Shown here: positions 58,312-64,000 of the stretch, piece by piece | How positions within the stretch are numbered: the stretch's first letter is position 1 | Layout: each line of letters starts with the position of its first letter | Assembly: GCA_016786615.1 (NCBI GenBank) | Contig: JAEUVX010000014.1 | Coordinates: 167,334 to 231,333, forward strand | DNA: 64,000 nt | From: Flavipsychrobacter sp. | Lineage (GTDB): Bacteria; Bacteroidota; Bacteroidia; Chitinophagales; Chitinophagaceae | Reading direction: 5' to 3' | Notes under the pieces: generated by a model | Database searches by the model: none | What the model was told of the DNA's origin: nothing | Seen by the model: only the letters and a program-made list of their open reading frames with translations | Made by a program: the position numbers and the translations under genes

Positions 58312-59091
58312 TTAAGCTTTGGGCTTCCGCAGCTTCATATTATTCAGTATTTCAGATATTTTCTGTTTGGTATGCAGCGGAAAATCTGCCTGCATCATCC
58401 AGTCATAATACTGTGGCTCGCGTTTGAAGATTTCTTCCACTTTCTGTCCTTTATATTTGCCGAAGTTGAATACCGGTTCGCCATCTTTCATCACCATACG
58501 GCGTGCATAGTCCACCATCGGTTCGGCATTGCTTATATCATGCAGTTGCTTTACTTCCGTACCCAGTTGTGCATACCTGTCCAGTTGCGATTCCAGTACT
58601 TCAATAGTCGCTTCCACATCGGCTTCTGCACTATGTGCGTTCTGCAGTGTCTTGCCGCAATAAAACTCGTAAGCGGCAGCCAGTGTGCGGGCTTCCATCT
58701 TAAAGAATATCTGCTGCGCATCCACCATGTTGCGCTCTGTAAAATCTACATTGATGCCTACTCTCAGAAACTCTTCTGCCAGCATCGGTATGTCGAATTT
58801 GTTTGAGTTATAGCCACCGAGGTCACAACCCTTCATCCAGTTATATACATCGTGTGCTATATGTTTAAAGAGTGGCGCGTCTTTCACATCTTCATCCCTG
58901 ATACCATGTATCACGCTCGATTCGGGCGGTATAGGTATGCCTGGGTTTACACGCTTCACGTATTTTGCTCTTGTGCCGTCGGGGTTCAGCTTTATCAGTG
59001 CCAGTTCTACAATCCTGTCTTTACCGTGGTCGGTACCCGTCGTCTCAAGGTCAAAAAATACAATCGGTCTCTTTAAACTAAGCTGTGCCAT
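58312..59091 (-). CDS. DEDDh 3'-5' exonuclease (PolIII epsilon-like)
   Basis: FDLETTG, YNSNKFD, AHSAEAD and C-terminal FNFGKYKG motifs. Confidence 0.9.
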   Translation of the reverse strand: MAQLSLKRPIVFFDLETTGTDHGKDRIVELALIKLNPDGTRAKYVKRVNPGIPIPPESSVIHGIRDEDVKDAPLFKHIAHDVYNWMKGCDLGGYNSNKFDIPMLAEEFLRVGINVDFTERNMVDAQQIFFKMEARTLAAAYEFYCGKTLQNAHSAEADVEATIEVLESQLDRYAQLGTEVKQLHDISNAEPMVDYARRMVMKDGEPVFNFGKYKGQKVEEIFKREPQYYDWMMQADFPLHTKQKISEILNNMKLRKPKA

Positions 59092-59106
59092 TCGTCTTGT
59101 ATTGTG

Positions 59107-60471
59107 TCAATTTTGCTGCGAACATACACTATTCCAGTCAATTCCGTCGAATGTGCCCGAACTCATCAGTAACAGACAGGTAGGTTGTGCTGTTTGGTTG
59201 AGCAAACCTGAAATATGTTCCTGTAATGCCTGTTTTTCATCTATTACCACAAGGTCATCGCGTTTGAAGTATTGTTTCACCGTTGCGGTTTCCAGCTTCG
59301 GCAGGCCCTTCAGTTGCAGCGCATGGTGGCTGAAGTACACAATCGCGTTATCTGCCGAATCTATACTATGGGCATACTCGCTCAGAAACTGCTCGTTCAG
59401 GCTGCTGTAGGTATGCAGCTCAAAACATGCTATCAGCTTGTGCGTAGGGTAGCCCTCGCGTACTGCATCCAGTGTGGCCTTCAGCTTCGATGGTGCGTGT
59501 GCAAAGTCGCGGTAAGCTACCAGTTGGTCGTTTTGATACAGTTTTTCCAGCCTGCGTGCAGCACCGCTGAAGTCGGCAATGGCTTTGTAGCAATCTTCTT
59601 TGTTTACCCCCAGTTCTGTACATACGGCTATAGCTGCCTGCATATTCAGCAGGTTGTGCCGCCCGAATACCGAAACAGGTATCGAGCCATATTCCGTATC
59701 CAGTACCGCTATGCCATCTTCGTAATGGAATGCCGGCATATTATATGGTGCTGCATCCAGGTGGTTGGCACTGGTGTCGATTACTTTTTGCACCTCTGTG
59801 TCTTCATTATTATAATATACCGGTACACCATTCTCCAGCCCTTCCAGATATTGTTCAAACTGGCTGCGGTAAATATCGTATGTAGGGAATACGTTGATGT
59901 GGTCCCATGCAATACCGCTCAATACGCTTATATGCGGATGGTAGAAGAATATCTTAGGGCGCTTTTCTATTACCGATGCGGGATATTCATCGCCCTCCAA
60001 TACTATAATCGGTGCGTCACTCAACCTTACAGACTGCTCGAAGCCTGCCACTTTTGCGCCTACCAGATAGTCGAAATCGATACCCTGCTTGCGCAGTATG
60101 TGCATAATCATCGATGTGATGGTAGTTTTGCCATGGCTGCCTGCTACTACTACGCGTTTCTTGTTTTTACTTACCTCATATACATATTCTGGGAAAGAAT
60201 ATATAGGGATGCTGAGCGCTTGTGCCGCCAGCAGTTCGGGGTTGTCTGCTTTTGCGTGCATGCCTAATACTATGGCATTCAGCTCTTTAGTAATCTTTTC
60301 GGGGTGCCAGCCATAGGTTTCGGGCAGTATGCCTGCTGCGGCAAGGTTGCTTTTGGCAGGGTCATTTATCTCATCATCGCTGCCCGTTACGGTGTTTCCC
60401 TGCCTCAAAAGTGCCAGTGCCAGCTGGTGCATTACAGCCCCGCCGATGGCTATAAAATGTATTCTTTTCAT
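59107..60471 (-). CDS. mpl: Mur ligase, Mpl-like murein peptide ligase
   Basis: HFIAIGG, GSHGKTT, EGDEY, WDH, RRLE and DFAHAP motifs. Confidence 0.75.
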   Translation of the reverse strand: MKRIHFIAIGGAVMHQLALALLRQGNTVTGSDDEINDPAKSNLAAAGILPETYGWHPEKITKELNAIVLGMHAKADNPELLAAQALSIPIYSFPEYVYEVSKNKKRVVVAGSHGKTTITSMIMHILRKQGIDFDYLVGAKVAGFEQSVRLSDAPIIVLEGDEYPASVIEKRPKIFFYHPHISVLSGIAWDHINVFPTYDIYRSQFEQYLEGLENGVPVYYNNEDTEVQKVIDTSANHLDAAPYNMPAFHYEDGIAVLDTEYGSIPVSVFGRHNLLNMQAAIAVCTELGVNKEDCYKAIADFSGAARRLEKLYQNDQLVAYRDFAHAPSKLKATLDAVREGYPTHKLIACFELHTYSSLNEQFLSEYAHSIDSADNAIVYFSHHALQLKGLPKLETATVKQYFKRDDLVVIDEKQALQEHISGLLNQTAQPTCLLLMSSGTFDGIDWNSVCSQQN

Positions 60472-60551
60472 TAAAAAAAATAGTTATCTTCGTAGAAATA
60501 CAAATGTAAAATACCCTTTTAACTAATACTATTTAATTAAGAAGATTGATT

Positions 60552-60686
60552 ATGCAACTAGTTTCTTTCCTACGTCGTGTAGTACCGGTAATAGCTGTAG
60601 CAGCAGTGGTGATGTTGGCATCGTGTAATGGTGGTAGTAAAAAATACGGCTGCCCTAATAAATTGAGCATATCGCTATCTAAGTAA
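60552..60686 (+). CDS. 44-aa small lipoprotein not in the ORF track (MQLVSFLRRVVPVIAVAAVVMLASCNGGSKKYGCPNKLSISLSK)
   Basis: Hand-translated. Basic N-region, hydrophobic core, lipobox LASC; TATCTTCG -7-like element at 60485. Confidence 0.75.
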   Translation: MQLVSFLRRVVPVIAVAAVVMLASCNGGSKKYGCPNKLSISLSK

Positions 60687-60763
60687 TAACTTTTTAAGAT
60701 GTTTCGGCAAAGGATGACAATTCTATGACTTGTCATCCTATTGTTGTTTTAGGATGTTTGCAA

Positions 60764-61312
60764 ATGTCTAAGTACTATTTCCTTACAATAATTTGTTTTC
60801 TAACGTTTTCTAAGCTTTTTGCTCAGGATAGTGATAGTTTAAAAGGGCTGAGTTTTATTGAAAGGCGCAATTTCAGTATGTACTATCCCGCCGGTTGGAT
60901 AGTTGATACTTCCCGCAGGCATCATACAAGCCTGATACTGTTTGATACGGTTGTAAATAAGTCGTTCAGAAATGTAGTCAAGGTAAATATCAGGTTAAGC
61001 AAGAGTTTTGAAGAACTAACGATTGAGGAAATGCATGAAGAACTATTATTCCCTTTGGTGAATAAGGGAGAATGTTTTATTTCAGCAAAGTCAAAAGAAT
61101 TTTACGATACAAAGAAAGTAAATAGGAATGGTAAGTACAGTTTATTGATTTATGACGCTGATGCCTGTGATGTTGACGTTAAAGTGTATGTTGCCTTCTG
61201 GAATTTGGAAGGGTGGACGTATTGTATTAGAATGGCAATCAGGCATGAAGACTACGAACGATATAAGCCTATGATGGATACAATTATTGACTCCTTTTAC
61301 ATAAAAAAATAA
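60764..61312 (+). CDS. Secreted hypothetical protein, possibly PsbP-like fold
   Basis: Signal peptide, FSMYYPAGW motif. ATG 60764. Confidence 0.5.
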   Translation: MSKYYFLTIICFLTFSKLFAQDSDSLKGLSFIERRNFSMYYPAGWIVDTSRRHHTSLILFDTVVNKSFRNVVKVNIRLSKSFEELTIEEMHEELLFPLVNKGECFISAKSKEFYDTKKVNRNGKYSLLIYDADACDVDVKVYVAFWNLEGWTYCIRMAIRHEDYERYKPMMDTIIDSFYIKK

Positions 61313-61335
61313 CCACCTTTCGGGTGGTTATTTTT
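61305..61335. terminator. Bidirectional terminator
   Basis: AAAAATAACCACC-TTTCG-GGTGGTTATTTTT. Confidence 0.9.
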
Positions 61336-61355
61336 ATTATCTGAATAAATTGTTC

Positions 61356-62009
61356 TTACAGGAATGTATATCCCAGCGATAACTGCACCGTACGTGTCTT
61401 CCAGCTATTGGTAACAGAAGATGCATTCACGTCCGAGAAGCCGATGATATAACGTGCATTCGCGCGAAACTTGCTCAGGTTCAGCTGCAGCCCCAGTACA
61501 CCCGATACATCACCCGATTTAAACAATCCCGTAGTGCTTTTCAGCAGGTTGTCTTTATCATTCACACCTACCACGCCGCTATACATTGGCCCCAGTTGCA
61601 ACCACAGCGGCCCGCCGAATTTGAAGTTGAACAGCACAGGCACATGTACGTATGTTACTGCAAAATTGCCCTTCTTGCTGCTGTCTGCTGCATTATTATA
61701 TATCAGTGCCGATTGTTTTGCAGATTGGTAGAAGTTTACACCACTGCCGGTATATTTTATACTGCTTATCAGCACCTCACCCGTTACGCCCACACGCTTG
61801 CGGCTGATGCCACCGAATATACCTGCTACTAAGCCAGGCTTGTAGCCGCTTTCCCATTCCTTGCCGTTCAGGTTGGCAAAGTTGGCACCTACTTTTACAC
61901 CAATGTCCACTTTTACGGGCAATACCTTATCTGCAACGCCTGCTCCCGGTTGTGCCATGCTCAGCATCGGCAGGCACATAATTGCTGCTAATAGTTTGAT
62001 ACGTTTCAT
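61356..62009 (-). CDS. Porin family / outer-membrane beta-barrel protein
   Basis: Signal peptide, GVKVGANF, YVHVPVL, C-terminal QLSLGYTFL. Confidence 0.82.
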   Translation of the reverse strand: MKRIKLLAAIMCLPMLSMAQPGAGVADKVLPVKVDIGVKVGANFANLNGKEWESGYKPGLVAGIFGGISRKRVGVTGEVLISSIKYTGSGVNFYQSAKQSALIYNNAADSSKKGNFAVTYVHVPVLFNFKFGGPLWLQLGPMYSGVVGVNDKDNLLKSTTGLFKSGDVSGVLGLQLNLSKFRANARYIIGFSDVNASSVTNSWKTRTVQLSLGYTFL

Positions 62010-62085
62010 ATGTTTTATAAAAGAGTGAGTTTTAATGATTGATTGCAAAGGTATTAAAGGTGTCACAAAAAACGTGCCGCACGTA

Positions 62086-63687
62086 TTATGATTCTGCTAA
62101 CACCATAAATTCATTACGCAATGGTTCCATGTATTTATACAGTACGTCGAAGTAGGTATTGCCCATCGCAGCATAGTAGCCTATAAAGTTTTCATACCGT
62201 TCCTGCAATATGCCTCTCGGAGATATACCGTCCTTTAAACGGGTAATGCGTTGCAACTGGTCCTGCATTTTTCGTTTTTCGGCACGCAGCATTTTTTTCT
62301 CCAGTATTTGCAGTTGATGGTTCATCTTGGCAAATGCCGCATCGGCACTTGCCTGCAGGGTAGGGTCCAGGTTCGTTGCTTTCTGTTTCAATTGTGCCAG
62401 TATGTTTTTGATGGCTGTTGCTTCTTCATCGGTGTGCCAGTTGTTGCTGCTGTGTGTGCCGATGTAGCTGCGTATCAGCGATGCCTCCGACCTGAATATT
62501 TCTTCAATGCCGAAGCCAAGCTGGTTGCGCAGTTTATTATACGGTGCAGTCATCCACAATACCGACTGGCGCAATAATATTGTGGGATAAAATACTTTGT
62601 AATTATCAAACAGTGGCTTCAATTCCAGCCAGTAGGCAACCTCTGCACCACCACCTATAAAAGCCACATCGGGCAATATACTTTCCTGAAAAATGCCGCG
62701 TAGTATTACGTTAGGGCTGAATCGGTCAGGGTGTTCATTCAATTCCGCCAGCAAATCTTCTTCCGTCCATTGTATATCCGTATTCAATACTATCCATCTG
62801 CCATTACGTTTTTCAATACGCTCGCGGATATTACCCCGCAGGTAAAACAGGTTTATAAATCGTGGGTATGCCTGTACTTTGTATAGCTCTTCCAGTGCCT
62901 CAGTGTTTTCAGAAACAAGCGCGTATGCAAGATGGCTTTGCAGGTCGTCCCGCAGTATGGGTAGTATCTGTTTTTTTAGCTCGGCCTCATCGGGGTTCAG
63001 TACTATCAGCCCGTACCTGCCAAACAATTCATTCACTAAATATTGTGTAGCCTCGCCTATGGTATGGTGTTGCAGGTAGGCATGTGTCAGTATTTCTTTC
63101 AGGTTGTCCAGGTTTTCACCGGGCGGGCCAAGTACTTTAAATACCTCATCCAGCAATGGTTTCAGGCTGGATGTCTGCATACGGCCTACAGCACCTGTTT
63201 GCCCTGCGGCATCCCATACATATTTATGATTGTTGTAGCGGAATGTGCCCAGTTCGTCAAGGTCATTATCCTCGCTGCCCATATAGTACACCGGTACAAA
63301 ATGTTTATCGGTGTATTGTGTGTTCAGTTCATCTGCCAGTTTTATGGCATGTATTATTTTATAGATAAAGTACAGGTAGCCCGTCATCAGGTTGGGCTGA
63401 TGCGCGGTGCAGATGGTAAATGTATTGTCATCTGCCAGCCGGGCAATGTTTTCAATTACCTTATCGTGTTTGTTCAGGTGGGTGTATTGTTTGTTCAATA
63501 CATGCGTCAGTACTGCTCTGTTTACGGGGTATTTGCTGCGGTCTGTTATGGCTTGTGCAATGCCTTTGGCATCGGGGGTATAATTGTAATATGGTTCTAC
63601 GGCAGGGTGCGCTTTGAGGTAGTCCAATACCAGGTCGCTGAAATTGCCCGTATTGTCGTACGGTATGTAAGTACAGTCAATATCCAT
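62086..63687 (-). CDS. bshC: Bacillithiol biosynthesis cysteine-adding enzyme
   Basis: CTAHQPNL..YKI, PVYYMGSED, FSPNVILR, GGGAEVAYW and QER motifs. Confidence 0.9.
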   Translation of the reverse strand: MDIDCTYIPYDNTGNFSDLVLDYLKAHPAVEPYYNYTPDAKGIAQAITDRSKYPVNRAVLTHVLNKQYTHLNKHDKVIENIARLADDNTFTICTAHQPNLMTGYLYFIYKIIHAIKLADELNTQYTDKHFVPVYYMGSEDNDLDELGTFRYNNHKYVWDAAGQTGAVGRMQTSSLKPLLDEVFKVLGPPGENLDNLKEILTHAYLQHHTIGEATQYLVNELFGRYGLIVLNPDEAELKKQILPILRDDLQSHLAYALVSENTEALEELYKVQAYPRFINLFYLRGNIRERIEKRNGRWIVLNTDIQWTEEDLLAELNEHPDRFSPNVILRGIFQESILPDVAFIGGGAEVAYWLELKPLFDNYKVFYPTILLRQSVLWMTAPYNKLRNQLGFGIEEIFRSEASLIRSYIGTHSSNNWHTDEEATAIKNILAQLKQKATNLDPTLQASADAAFAKMNHQLQILEKKMLRAEKRKMQDQLQRITRLKDGISPRGILQERYENFIGYYAAMGNTYFDVLYKYMEPLRNEFMVLAES

Positions 63688-63800
63688 CAAGGATTGCGAT
63701 TTGAGACTGCTAAGTTAAGCGTAGGTTTTAATACTTGGGTTATTTAAGGATAGGGAATATTGATGTCGACTTACTTGTGCAGTCAGGGAGTAATTACTGA

Positions 63801-63826
63801 AAAGTCCCCTTTAGGGGATTTAGGGG
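63801..63826. repeat. REP-like short palindrome
   Basis: AAAG-TCCCCT-TT-AGGGGA-TTTAGGGG, with TTTAGGGG present twice. Confidence 0.35.
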
Positions 63827-64000
63827 TTTTGATTCACATGTACCGATGGCGCACTGCTTTCTTTCATTTTCTGGTAGCCGGCATGTATCAGGCAGATGCC
63901 GATGAACTCTGTAATATATAGCACTTCTATATGTCCGAATTTTGATGCCGCACCGCCAATGCCGGGCAGCAGTCCGCCTGCAGCTATCAGCACATTCCCC
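63820..64000 (-). CDS. 3' end of a hypothetical membrane protein (partial)
   Basis: Reads GNVLIAAGGLLPGIGGAASKFGHIEVLYITEFIGICLIHAGYQKMKESSAPSVHVNQNP*, with two TM-like segments. Confidence 0.65.
   Translation of the reverse strand, partial: GNVLIAAGGLLPGIGGAASKFGHIEVLYITEFIGICLIHAGYQKMKESSAPSVHVNQNP

Noticed and set aside
59272-60267. 331-aa plus-strand ORF
   Set aside because: Antisense shadow of the Mur ligase gene.
60533-60736. 67-aa minus-strand ORF
   Set aside because: Antisense to the convincing small lipoprotein at 60552-60686.

Overview
64 kb of mostly core chromosome from a Bacteroidota bacterium, probably Chitinophagales-like. That assignment is inferred from TAnnTTTG-type promoter elements, T9SS cargo, the murF-alr fusion, gldE, bshC and the ortholog styles. 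The window holds about 60 CDS, two tRNAs (Ser-GCT, Pro-TGG) and many intrinsic terminators. I saw no integrase, transposase, prophage, rRNA or CRISPR array. The most notable item is a compact WYL-regulator module at 34.65-36.96 kb, nested among three DEAD-box helicase genes. In it, a 52-bp promoter/operator (TGACA-N6-TGTCA plus a degenerate -7 element) is duplicated in front of a DinB-family gene and a GyrI-like gene. The GyrI-like gene is followed, before its terminator, by a 36-aa six-cysteine ORF absent from the ORF track. Other highlights: a 44-aa lipoprotein ORF also absent from the track, an ECF sigma/dual-membrane-spanning anti-sigma-like pair, an RluA with a possible deaminase-like Zn motif in its N-terminal extension, a PadR/GldL-like membrane partner with candidate operator, an atypical DnaA signature (GGFDH), a heptamer-phased inverted repeat, and several apparently near-leaderless genes. 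All calls come from motif recognition by eye; no searches were run.
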